In this document: positions 24,947 through 33,964 of the stretch, in pieces
Layout: every line of letters begins with the position of its first letter
Position numbering within the stretch: position 1 is the stretch's first letter
Source of the DNA: Parcubacteria group bacterium ADurb.Bin305
GTDB taxonomy: Bacteria; Patescibacteriota; Minisyncoccia; UBA6257
Assembly (NCBI GenBank): GCA_002069525.1
Contig: MWBJ01000002.1
Location: 1 to 44,892 of the forward strand
Direction: 5' to 3'
Length of the DNA: 44,892 nucleotides
Position numbers and translations under genes: made by a program
The notes under the pieces: generated by a model
The model's database searches: none
The model's input: only the letters and a program-made list of their open reading frames with translations
What the model was told of the DNA's origin: nothing

Positions 24947-26209
24947 TTATTTCGGTAATACTCTAAACCAATTTCTTTTACCAATTTTAATACGCAGACC
25001 AGTTGATGGCAAATTAATTATTTCATACGGGGTTTTTTTAACTTGACCATCAATTTCTACAGCCCCATAATTAATTAATCTCTTTATTTCACTAACACTT
25101 TTTTGACCTTGGGAAAAACAGTGTTTTAAAATTACCAGCAATGGCGCCTGAGAATCACGCAAAACTACGGTAACCATATCTTGCGGTATTTGTTTTTGAG
25201 TAAAAGTTTTCTCAAACCATTCAGCCTCTTTCAAAGCCTCTTGCCGTCCGTAATATAAAGCTACTATTTCTTTAGCTAATTGAGCTTTTAAGATTTTGGG
25301 GTTAATTTGATGGGAATTTAATTGCTTAATAATTTTAGATACTTCAGCTGAAGGGTAATTGGTGGCTAATTCAAAATATAACGGTATTAATTCGTCTTTC
25401 AATGACATAATCTTACCATACATTTCTCGAGGCGAATCAACGATAGTAATTAAATTACCTTTACTGGTAGACATCTTTTCTCCTTCCAAGTTAGGCAACA
25501 TTTTTAATATCATAATATCTTGGGGAGATTGACCAAAAATTTTTTGCAATTCTCTACCTATTTGCAAATTAAATAATTGATCATACCCTCCAATCTCTAC
25601 ATCACTTTTAATAACCACGGAATCATACCCTTGTAGGATAGGGTAATATAATTCGTGAAGACCAATTGGTTTTCCTAACTCCCATCTTTCTTTAAAATTT
25701 CTTCTTTGAATCATCTGCTGACTCGTAAAATAGCTAGCTAACCGCAACATTTCCTGAAGTTTTATTTTAGTCAACCATTGACTATTATAACGAATGTCTG
25801 TTTTGCTTAAATCTAAAATTTTACCAATCTGAGGCAAATACTCTTTTAGGTTCCGTTTTACCTCTTGAAGTGATAAGGGTTTTCTCATGCTGGTTTTATC
25901 TGAAGCATCTCCGATTTGAGCAGTAAAATCCCCTAGCACTAACACTATCTGATGACCGAGATCCTGAAAAGCTTTTAATTTCCATAATTGTTCTGCTCTA
26001 CCTAAATGTATTTTAGGCCCAGTAGGATCTAAACCTAATTTGATCCTTAATTTTTTACCGGATTTTAATTTATTAAGCAAGCTTGGTTTTTCGATAATAT
26101 CTTCTACCCCTTTAATTAATATTTCCTGAATTTTAAAAGAATCAGTTGAAACTGACTGCCGTTTTTTATTTTTTACCGTTTGTTTTCTACTTGGAGCCTT
26201 AATAGCCAT
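24947..26209 (-). CDS. tyrS: tyrosine--tRNA ligase with basic N-terminal extension
   Basis: Class I signatures (GPKIHLGRAE as HIGH-like, KMSTSKGN as KMSKS) and a C-terminal S4-like domain (IKRLINYGAVEIDGQ). Confidence 0.85.
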   Translation of the reverse strand: MAIKAPSRKQTVKNKKRQSVSTDSFKIQEILIKGVEDIIEKPSLLNKLKSGKKLRIKLGLDPTGPKIHLGRAEQLWKLKAFQDLGHQIVLVLGDFTAQIGDASDKTSMRKPLSLQEVKRNLKEYLPQIGKILDLSKTDIRYNSQWLTKIKLQEMLRLASYFTSQQMIQRRNFKERWELGKPIGLHELYYPILQGYDSVVIKSDVEIGGYDQLFNLQIGRELQKIFGQSPQDIMILKMLPNLEGEKMSTSKGNLITIVDSPREMYGKIMSLKDELIPLYFELATNYPSAEVSKIIKQLNSHQINPKILKAQLAKEIVALYYGRQEALKEAEWFEKTFTQKQIPQDMVTVVLRDSQAPLLVILKHCFSQGQKSVSEIKRLINYGAVEIDGQVKKTPYEIINLPSTGLRIKIGKRNWFRVLPK

Positions 26210-26406
26210 ATTTATAATTTCTAAATTAAAATTTCTTCAATTATTTATTTTACCAAACAAAACGTTAAATCACAAATTTATTTAGTATCAAAACAGACAA
26301 TGCTTCACTACTCGCTAAAATTAGAAATATACTCTTACTCCCACGATTTTGATAACCTTATACTTTTTATTGGTCATCTTAACCTAGTGGAAATAGTTTT
26401 GACTTT

Positions 26407-26441
26407 GAATATATGTTATAATATTATTATAACATATATTC
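26407..26441. promoter_or_regulatory. perfect 16-bp inverted repeat (3-nt spacer) overlapping an extended -10; operator candidate
   Basis: GAATATATGTTATAAT-att-ATTATAACATATATTC. The left arm contains TGtTATAAT (26414-26422), and the ATG of the downstream gene is at 26450. Confidence 0.5.
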
Positions 26442-26449
26442 ACATAGCT

Positions 26450-27355
26450 ATGATAAAAGAACAACCAAATTTTTATAAAACAGCTGAAACACCCAATAAT
26501 AGTTCGTTTGAGAACCCAACCCCTGAACAATTAGAATCCCTGCTTCAATTAATTAAATCACAAGACCAAGTGGTAGAAATCAAGAAAAACCTTCCCGGCG
26601 ATGTTCTTTTAACAGAAAAAATTTATTATAAAGACTTCCCCCCTACTATTGCTGAGTTTTATGCTGATAATACAGGCCGACCTAGAAGAGATTTGATTTT
26701 GTCTCAAAATATTATCCTTAAGAATCAAAACGAACAAGAAAAATCGGTGTACGAACTATTACCCCCAAATAGAAGGGTTTATTTTGCTAATGCTCAATAT
26801 AATAATTTTCAAGACGCAGAAGATTTATTTGTTATTTGGCCTCTAGAGCATTTTGATCCAGAAACTAATGAAATTATTTAAAAAGGCGACATTGTTATTT
26901 ACAGTGATTTAGAACGACCGGGCGCTATCCTTTCTTTACTCCATGAAGTAGGCCACATTTGGGTAAATAGAGAAGTAAAAAAAGAAATTTCAGTTTTAAG
27001 AATCGCGGTTAATGCCTTATGGACACAAGCTAAAAATGAAGGCAGAAAAATTGCCAATGATTCTGAAGTTTTATATTCACCACCGTTAGGGGAAGTAGAT
27101 AAAGAAGAAAAATATCCTGTCTCCAAACAACTTCTAGTTCATTTAGAAAAATTAGAGGCTCGCAACGAACGAGATGCTTGGGCTTTTGCTTTAAAGAAAT
27201 TCAGAGAATTACGTAAATTAGGATTTAATATAGAACCTATGTTTGATTCTAATGACAAAATCAGACAATTTATTTACGGTTCTTCAGCTTTAGGTTCTTA
27301 CGAACAAGAATTGGATAATTTATTAGAAAACGAACTTAATTTATTTGTCAAATAA
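26450..27355 (+). pseudogene. HExxH metallopeptidase-like gene interrupted by an in-frame TAA (26879-26881)
   Basis: The ORF from ATG 26450 stops at the TAA, but the same frame stays open for 157 more codons to the TAA at 27353-27355. That part encodes ...AILSLLHEVGHIW...LEARNERDAWAFAL... and has no ATG/GTG/TTG start near its 5' end. Confidence 0.55.
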
Positions 27356-27358
27356 TTC

Positions 27359-28015
27359 TCATAAATTGATAATCATCTCCGGAGTTATTTGGCGTAAACT
27401 ATTGACGGATAAAATAACCGGCAAATTCTGAGGATAATGCGGATGATCTTGTTTCCTAACCAAAGCAAGACACTTCATTTTAGCCCTCCTAGCAGCTATC
27501 ATTCCATTTAACCCATCTTCAATAACTAAGCAATGATGGGGTTTAATATTCAATTGCTTAGCTGTCTGTAAAAATATTGCTGGGTGAGGTTTGCCGTGTT
27601 TTAAACCATCACCACTCATAATCACCTCAAATTTATCTTTCAACTTTAAAATTTTTAACACCCGGTAAATAAACACTTTTTTAGAAGCAGAGGCTAATGC
27701 CAGAACAAAACCAGCTTGGTCCAAGGAATCAATCAATTTCACAGAACCCGGTACAGCCTCAATGCACCTATTAGGCATTTTAGCCAAGATGCGCCATTTT
27801 TTAGCCATTGCTTCTGATACTCTTTTGTTAATTTTATACCGGCGAAAAAAATCTTGGAACAATTCTTTGGTAGACATACCTGCGTAATTATCCGATAAAA
27901 ATGTTCGGCTGACTTTAATACCATAAGAACGCAAAACCTGCTGATTACTTTTGGCATGAAGTTGCTCGGTATTAGAAATCACTCCATCCATATCAAAAAT
28001 AACAGCTTTAATCAT
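27359..28015 (-). CDS. HAD-family hydrolase, beta-phosphoglucomutase-like
   Basis: Motif I AVIFDMDGVISNTE and motif IV VIEDGLNGMIAARRA. Ends in TGA, verified by hand at 27359-27361. Confidence 0.8.
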   Translation of the reverse strand: MIKAVIFDMDGVISNTEQLHAKSNQQVLRSYGIKVSRTFLSDNYAGMSTKELFQDFFRRYKINKRVSEAMAKKWRILAKMPNRCIEAVPGSVKLIDSLDQAGFVLALASASKKVFIYRVLKILKLKDKFEVIMSGDGLKHGKPHPAIFLQTAKQLNIKPHHCLVIEDGLNGMIAARRAKMKCLALVRKQDHPHYPQNLPVILSVNSLRQITPEMIINL

Positions 28016-28046
28016 AAAAATTAAACACGATGATTAATTTAGGTAT

Positions 28047-29075
28047 TTATAAAGTTAACCTAGCGCTTACAATATTTTGAGGCTGATTAGAAATATAAGC
28101 TTTAATATTATCTAAAGTTGTAGAAATAATGCTTGCCAAGCCTTCAAAAGTATTAAAAGCGTTATGCGGACTAATTAAAACATTATCCAAATCAATTAAT
28201 AAATGATTCAGAATTAAAGTTTTTAACTGTTCTGGCTCTTTAATTGCTCCTTTTACCATTAATTCCTGCTCTTCCTTAATATCACCTTCTTCTTCTAAGA
28301 CATCTAAAGCCGCTCCTTTAATTTGACCTGATTTTAAAGCCTTGTAAAGAGCTGAGGTTTCAATAATCCCCCCCCGACTGGTATTTATGATATAAGCGCC
28401 TTTTTTGACTAATTTAATATTATCTTCATTAAGAAAATGATGCGTATCTTGATTATAGGGTAAGTGAAAAGTAATAATATCAGACTCTTGAAATAATTGA
28501 TCTCGAGAAACATAAGAAAAACCCAGTTCTTGAGCTAATTTCTCATCAGGATATAAATCAAAAGCCAGCATCTTCATTTCAAAACCGCGGCTAATTTTAA
28601 GAACATTCTTACCAATTCTACCAGTGCCTACTACACCAATAGTTTTATTAAATAATTCCTCGCCAGTTAAACCAGTTAATTCAAAACTGCCAGTCTCTCT
28701 AACTTTATCATAAGCTTGATAAATTTTTCTAACCAAACAAAGAAGCAAACCAAAGGTATATTCAGCTACTGTATGAGAACCATAACTTGGCACATTAGAA
28801 ACCATAATCTGCTTTTCTTGACAATATTGTAAATCAATATGATCAAATCCAGTAGAACGAGTAGCTATAAATTTTAAATTTGGTAAATTGTTTAACACCT
28901 CCTGATTGAATTTAGAATTAATAAATGAAGAAATGATTTCGTAATCTTGAAACTCCGAGGCATTTTCTTCATTAATAGCTTGCGGATAAAAATCCGCTAT
29001 TTCTACAAATTGAGGGAAATTGTTTAGAATGTCCCGTTCCCATTCTGTAGTTTCCACAAAAGCAATTTTATTCAT
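28047..29075 (-). CDS. D-isomer-specific 2-hydroxyacid dehydrogenase (D-lactate/glycerate dehydrogenase-like)
   Basis: NAD-binding GVVGTGRIGKNV and a catalytic region with INTSRGG and ALDVLEEE...SPHNAF. Confidence 0.8.
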   Translation of the reverse strand: MNKIAFVETTEWERDILNNFPQFVEIADFYPQAINEENASEFQDYEIISSFINSKFNQEVLNNLPNLKFIATRSTGFDHIDLQYCQEKQIMVSNVPSYGSHTVAEYTFGLLLCLVRKIYQAYDKVRETGSFELTGLTGEELFNKTIGVVGTGRIGKNVLKISRGFEMKMLAFDLYPDEKLAQELGFSYVSRDQLFQESDIITFHLPYNQDTHHFLNEDNIKLVKKGAYIINTSRGGIIETSALYKALKSGQIKGAALDVLEEEGDIKEEQELMVKGAIKEPEQLKTLILNHLLIDLDNVLISPHNAFNTFEGLASIISTTLDNIKAYISNQPQNIVSARLTL

Positions 29076-29223
29076 AGAAAAAGTATTATAATTTTACACT
29101 AAAACGCAAATTTTGTAATTTTTATTTTGTTATATTGCTATTTTTATCTTGGTATTTTTCTAGCTGGTATAGAAAAGTTTATATTAGATTATCGATAGAA
29201 AAATTAAGTATTTTTGCTATTTT

Positions 29224-29832
29224 TTAAACAGCTAACCCTGTCATCAATGTAAATAATTCATCTATCACTGGTTGAATAAAATTCCAACCAAAAAATATAA
29301 CAACTAAAAGCAAAATTGGGCCATACCGGTTTAAAAAAGCTTCCAATTTCCACGAAGGAAAAAGATAAAATAACACCTTCGAACCATCAAGCGGAGGCAA
29401 AGGAATTAAGTTGAAAATAGCGAACATAATACTAATATAAGCCACTAAGGCTAAATACGGAATCATAAAGCTAGGCAAAAAAGGCACAAATCGAATTACC
29501 AGACCAAACAACAAAGCTAATACTAAATTAGCCAAAGGACCAGCTAAAGCAATTAAGCATTGATCTTTTAAGGGATGTTTTAAGTTTAAAGGGTTATAAG
29601 GTACAGGCTTTGCCCAACCAAAAATTAATTTTCCCTCTGTAAATAAATACATCATCAAAGGCAACAAAACAGAACCAAATGGATCTAAGTGGGCTAAAGG
29701 ATTCAAAGTTAAACGCCCCATTTTTTCCGCTGTGTCGTCGCCTAATTCTTTAGCCATCAAGCCATGAGAAACTTCATGGATAATCACTAAAAATACAAAA
29801 ACTATAATTTGGAAAATAACCATAATAAACAA
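29224..29832 (-). CDS. M50-family (site-2 protease-like) membrane metalloprotease
   Basis: HEVSHGLMA HExxH motif within a TM helix, and a distal NLIPLPPLDGSK motif; polytopic. Confidence 0.8.
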   Translation of the reverse strand: MFIMVIFQIIVFVFLVIIHEVSHGLMAKELGDDTAEKMGRLTLNPLAHLDPFGSVLLPLMMYLFTEGKLIFGWAKPVPYNPLNLKHPLKDQCLIALAGPLANLVLALLFGLVIRFVPFLPSFMIPYLALVAYISIMFAIFNLIPLPPLDGSKVLFYLFPSWKLEAFLNRYGPILLLVVIFFGWNFIQPVIDELFTLMTGLAV

Positions 29833-29835
29833 TTA

Positions 29836-31080
29836 TTAATACTTCGTTAAATTGGGTATTTCTTCCGACATAATTTGTTTAATTCTTTCATATTTTACCA
29901 TTCTTTCGGGAAAATTCAAAGCCCCAGCTTTTAAACCAAAACAATTTAAAGCAAAACATAAATCAGCAATAAAGTTATCTTGAGTTTCGGCACTTCTGTG
30001 ACTCATAATAATTTTAATACCTTCCCGCCAAGCTAAAGCAGCTGTTTCGAAAATTTCTGAGATAGTACCTACTTGCGTAGGTTTCAAAATTATTCCACCA
30101 ATAATATTATCTTCTATCGCCTGAGCTAGCATATCAACTTGGCTTACTGTGACATCATCCCCAATAATTAAAGTTTTTTTCCCTATTGTATTATTTATTC
30201 TGAAAAAACTATTAAAATCATTTTCCTCAAATGGGTCTTCTAAAGAAAATATTTGATAGTTATTAATTAAATGTAAATAAGCATCTAATAGCGCCGAGGC
30301 ATCAAGCCCTTTACCTCTTAATAAATAGTATTTTTTATCTTTCTGATTATAAAAAGAAGAAGCAGCCGCATCTAAAGAAAACCTTAATTTATACTGTAAA
30401 TTTAACTTCCGACTAATCTGCTGATAAATCCCCAGTGGTTCCTCGTAGTCATCAGTAGGTATCAATAAACCCCCTTCATCACCATATTTAATCTTATTAT
30501 ATTTCTCCAAAAAATAAATTTTTAATTCTTGAAAAAATTGCTGAGCTATTTCTATAGATTGAATAGCATCATTTATCTGAGGCACTACTAAATATTCTTG
30601 GATATTCGGACCATACGGAGCATGCTTTCCTCCATTAATCAAATTAAAGAAAAATAAAGGTGGTTTGTAAACAGAAATTTTTTCCTCGAGACCGGGGTTA
30701 ACAATTAAAAACTCATCTCGCAAATACCGCCATAAAGGTTGCCGTTTAAATTTAGCCATTAATTTCGCGAATGACTGAGATAAAACCAGCATTAAATTAC
30801 CGCCTAAATTTTGCTTATTTTTGGTATTATCTAATTCTTTTAAGAAATAATCAAAGTGCTTTTGAGAAATAAAATCTTTGGCTAAAATTTCTGATTTAAT
30901 TTTTTCAAATTTCACTAATACTTCGTTAATAGGTAAAATTACCGCCTCTTTCTCACCTCTACTTTTTCCATGAGGAATACTCGAGACAACAGCAAAGTCG
31001 CCGTTTTTCATTTCAGCTTCTAAAGTCTCTTCTTGTCTAGAATCATAAATTTTACGTAAAATAATATTATCTATTCTCAT
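29836..31080 (-). CDS. eno: enolase (divergent N-terminal domain)
   Basis: Catalytic blocks YGDEGG, LDAAASSFY, SLEDPFEEND, IIGDDVTVS, ILKPTQVGT and SHRSAETQD. The N-terminal loop reads SIPHGKSRGEKEA instead of the PSGASTG type. Confidence 0.8.
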   Translation of the reverse strand: MRIDNIILRKIYDSRQEETLEAEMKNGDFAVVSSIPHGKSRGEKEAVILPINEVLVKFEKIKSEILAKDFISQKHFDYFLKELDNTKNKQNLGGNLMLVLSQSFAKLMAKFKRQPLWRYLRDEFLIVNPGLEEKISVYKPPLFFFNLINGGKHAPYGPNIQEYLVVPQINDAIQSIEIAQQFFQELKIYFLEKYNKIKYGDEGGLLIPTDDYEEPLGIYQQISRKLNLQYKLRFSLDAAASSFYNQKDKKYYLLRGKGLDASALLDAYLHLINNYQIFSLEDPFEENDFNSFFRINNTIGKKTLIIGDDVTVSQVDMLAQAIEDNIIGGIILKPTQVGTISEIFETAALAWREGIKIIMSHRSAETQDNFIADLCFALNCFGLKAGALNFPERMVKYERIKQIMSEEIPNLTKY

Positions 31081-31157
31081 TTTTGTATCATCACTTTTAA
31101 TTATATTAGCACTATTTTATTTTATTTACCAAGACTATTGTGACATCGTGGAATTAA

Positions 31158-32453
31158 CTATAAATAATCATTTTCTTTGAGAATTTCATCTACTGCTGCT
31201 CTATCGCTAAAAAAACTAATTTTTCCTTGAATATTTAAATGCTCCTCATCCCCTCTGCCTAAAATAAGAATCAAATCATTAGCCCCGGCTTCTTTGATAG
31301 CTTTTTCAATAGCTTCGCGACGATCCGAAATAACTAAATATTTATCAGGGGCAACTCTACCTTCAACATAATGAATAAAATCATCAAGACCTATTTGAGG
31401 ATCACAAGTATTGCTGTCATCAATCGTAATGACGGTTAAATCAAAATTATCTATGGCTAACTGAGCCAATTGTTGCCTTTGCTCTAAAGGGAATTCTGAA
31501 AAATTACCATACACCCCAATATAATGCTTAAAATTTCTATTTTTAATATCAGCGATCAATTCCTGCCAAGCTGCCACTGTATTAGCTTTATCAATCATAA
31601 TTGTTATTCCATTTTTTGTGGTCACGATCTCCCCCCTACCCGGTAGGGCAGGCGTAGCTTCTAATCCTTGCTTAATGCTGTCAAGATTAATACCCAAACC
31701 TAGACTTAACGCCGTAGCCGCTAAAGCATTCTTATAATTAAAAACACTGTCTCTCTTAAGCTGTAAAATAAATTCCCCTTTAATGCTTTTAACTCTACAA
31801 ATTAACCCCGTCTTTTCTTTTATAATTTCACCAGAAACATCAGCCTCTTCTGAAAAACCAAAAGTAATGATTTTCGCTTTTGTTACTTTTTTAAAATCTT
31901 CAAAGTATTTATCATCACAGGGAAGTACAGCTAGAGCCTCAGTGTCTAAAGAACTAAACAATCTTTGTTTAGCTTGTTTATATTTCTCAAAACTGCCATG
32001 CATAGGAATATGATGACACGAAGAAAAATTAGTTAAGATTGCCCCTTTAAACTTTAAGCCATAGAGACGTTCATACTTATAAGCCAAAGAGGCTACCTCC
32101 ATAACACAATATTCATCTCCTCTTTGTTTCATTTCAGCAAATAGTTTATGTAAAACAAAAGGATCAGGGGTAGTAACTGGTTGAGTCCCTATAGGTGGAG
32201 GATTAATTTTGGTATTTTTATCAAGCCAATAACCACTGGTAGAAATAACTCCTATTTTTTTCCCAGCGGCTTCAAAAATATTTTTTATAAAAAAAACAGT
32301 ACTAGTCTTACCATTGGTGCCAGTCACCCCAATTAAAGTGAGATATTTGGCTGGAAAACCATAATGCCGAGCAGCCCGCCAAGCAGTTAATTGGCGCACC
32401 CACGACCAGTTTCTAATCTTATGATAAATTTTTTTTCGCCAAGACGTCTTCAT
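31158..32453 (-). CDS. murE: Mur ligase family protein, MurE-like, without the usual N-terminal domain
   Basis: GVTGTNGKTST P-loop, MEVASLAYKYERL..., LPGRGE and LGRGDEEH blocks colinear with MurE. The DNPR-type specificity region was not recognised. Confidence 0.65.
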   Translation of the reverse strand: MKTSWRKKIYHKIRNWSWVRQLTAWRAARHYGFPAKYLTLIGVTGTNGKTSTVFFIKNIFEAAGKKIGVISTSGYWLDKNTKINPPPIGTQPVTTPDPFVLHKLFAEMKQRGDEYCVMEVASLAYKYERLYGLKFKGAILTNFSSCHHIPMHGSFEKYKQAKQRLFSSLDTEALAVLPCDDKYFEDFKKVTKAKIITFGFSEEADVSGEIIKEKTGLICRVKSIKGEFILQLKRDSVFNYKNALAATALSLGLGINLDSIKQGLEATPALPGRGEIVTTKNGITIMIDKANTVAAWQELIADIKNRNFKHYIGVYGNFSEFPLEQRQQLAQLAIDNFDLTVITIDDSNTCDPQIGLDDFIHYVEGRVAPDKYLVISDRREAIEKAIKEAGANDLILILGRGDEEHLNIQGKISFFSDRAAVDEILKENDYL

Positions 32454-32465
32454 GTATTTTATACT

Positions 32466-33896
32466 TTATTCCAAAAACTCCTGTAATTTTTTAGTTTTTT
32501 GTAAAGATTTAATTTTATCTAAAGTTTTAGCTTCAATTTGACGAATTCTTTCCCGAGTAACATTAAAAGCTTCACCAACTTCTTCCAAAGTATGAGGGAT
32601 ATTATCTTTTAAACCGAAACGCATTTCTATAATCCTCTGTTCTCTTTCAGTTAATTCAGACATTACCTCGCGTAAATTTTCTTTTAGCAGCTGCCGACTA
32701 GCATAATTATCCGGACTAATATTTTTGGTATCAGCCACAAAATCACTTACCTCACTCCCCCCCTTACTGTCGTCTCCTAAAGGTTGGTTCAGAGAAGTGG
32801 TATCTTGAGAAATTTGCATTAAATAACGAATTTCTGATAAAGGTTTGCCCATTTCCCGTGCAATTTCCTCAGCAGATGGCTCCCTACCTAAATTTTGCAA
32901 AACCATTCTTCTAGCCCTCTGGAATTTACCAATAGTTTCCACCATGTGCACAGGAATTCTAATAGTGCGACCTTGATCAGCTAACGCTCTAGTAATAGCT
33001 TGCCTAATCCACCACGTAGCATAAGTAGAAAATTTAAAGCCTTTTTTATAGTTAAATTTATCTACAGCTCTAGTTAAACCAATATTTCCTTCTTGAATTA
33101 AATCTAGTAAATTCAAATTTTTACTCCGACCAACATAACGTTTAGCAATAGACACCACCAATCTCAGGTTAGCTTCTATCATTTTTTGCCGACTTTGTTC
33201 GTCGCCGGCTTCTATTTTTTTAGCTAATTCTTTTTCTTCTTCCGGGGTAAGTAAAGGAACTTTGCCTATTTCTCTTAAATAGCTTTGAACACTATCCGGC
33301 AACTCTATATTATCAAATTTTAAAGCTTCTTCTAATTCTTTAGGGGTGACTTCACCTTCGGCTAAAAGCAAATCACCGCTTTCTACAACTTCAATATTGG
33401 CCTCGCTTAAATGATCGTAAATTTTTTCTAATAAATCTAGGTCTTTTTCAATTGAGGGAAAATATTTTAGAATTTCGTCTTGAGTGACAAATCCTCGACT
33501 TTTGCCCCGATTAACTAATTCTTTAACTTTAGCTTCGGTTTTATTGGCTTCTGTCTTTTTTCTACTCCGAGCTAATTTATTATTTTTCTTCGCATTCAAT
33601 TTCTGAATCGATCTCTTTTTAGGTGTTTGTTGAATAAGGTTTTTGGGGTTAGTTTTGCTCTTTCCAGCTGCGACAAGCTTTTTTCTGTTCTTCGTTAATT
33701 TATTCCCCTTTGAGGATTGAACACTAAATTTATTTTTCTTATTGGGTTTATTATTTATAACGCTTTTGGTGGACTGCTTATGAAACTTATTTTTAGGTAT
33801 AAGATGTTTTTTAGATAATTTTTTATTTGATTTTTTGTTTGATTTTTTGTTTGATTTATGGGTAGATTTAGTAGTCCTATTAGAAGATTTATTCAT
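32466..33896 (-). CDS. rpoD: primary RNA polymerase sigma factor with a lysine-rich N-terminal extension of about 120 aa
   Basis: Regions 2-4 are present ([51 protein letters not shown]). The N-terminus contains a [13 protein letters not shown] stretch encoded by about 2.8 copies of a 12-bp tandem repeat (33827-33860). Shows dnaG-rpoD synteny. Confidence 0.9.
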   Translation of the reverse strand: MNKSSNRTTKSTHKSNKKSNKKSNKKLSKKHLIPKNKFHKQSTKSVINNKPNKKNKFSVQSSKGNKLTKNRKKLVAAGKSKTNPKNLIQQTPKKRSIQKLNAKKNNKLARSRKKTEANKTEAKVKELVNRGKSRGFVTQDEILKYFPSIEKDLDLLEKIYDHLSEANIEVVESGDLLLAEGEVTPKELEEALKFDNIELPDSVQSYLREIGKVPLLTPEEEKELAKKIEAGDEQSRQKMIEANLRLVVSIAKRYVGRSKNLNLLDLIQEGNIGLTRAVDKFNYKKGFKFSTYATWWIRQAITRALADQGRTIRIPVHMVETIGKFQRARRMVLQNLGREPSAEEIAREMGKPLSEIRYLMQISQDTTSLNQPLGDDSKGGSEVSDFVADTKNISPDNYASRQLLKENLREVMSELTEREQRIIEMRFGLKDNIPHTLEEVGEAFNVTRERIRQIEAKTLDKIKSLQKTKKLQEFLE

Positions 33897-33964
33897 AATA
33901 ATTATTTATTAATTTTAGAGACCTTATTTATTTTATTAATTTAATTTTTAACGAAAACCTACCT

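Noticed and set aside
26210-26300. T-box leader upstream of tyrS.
   Set aside because: The spacer is only about 90 nt and very AT-rich. It has no specifier or antiterminator-like conserved box (no AGAGA, GNUGGNA or T-box sequence).
26869-26890. Frameshift (homopolymer indel or programmed -1 slip) as the cause of the split peptidase gene.
   Set aside because: Careful indexing shows that the downstream coding sequence is in the same frame as the upstream ORF. The interruption is a single in-frame TAA, not a frame change.
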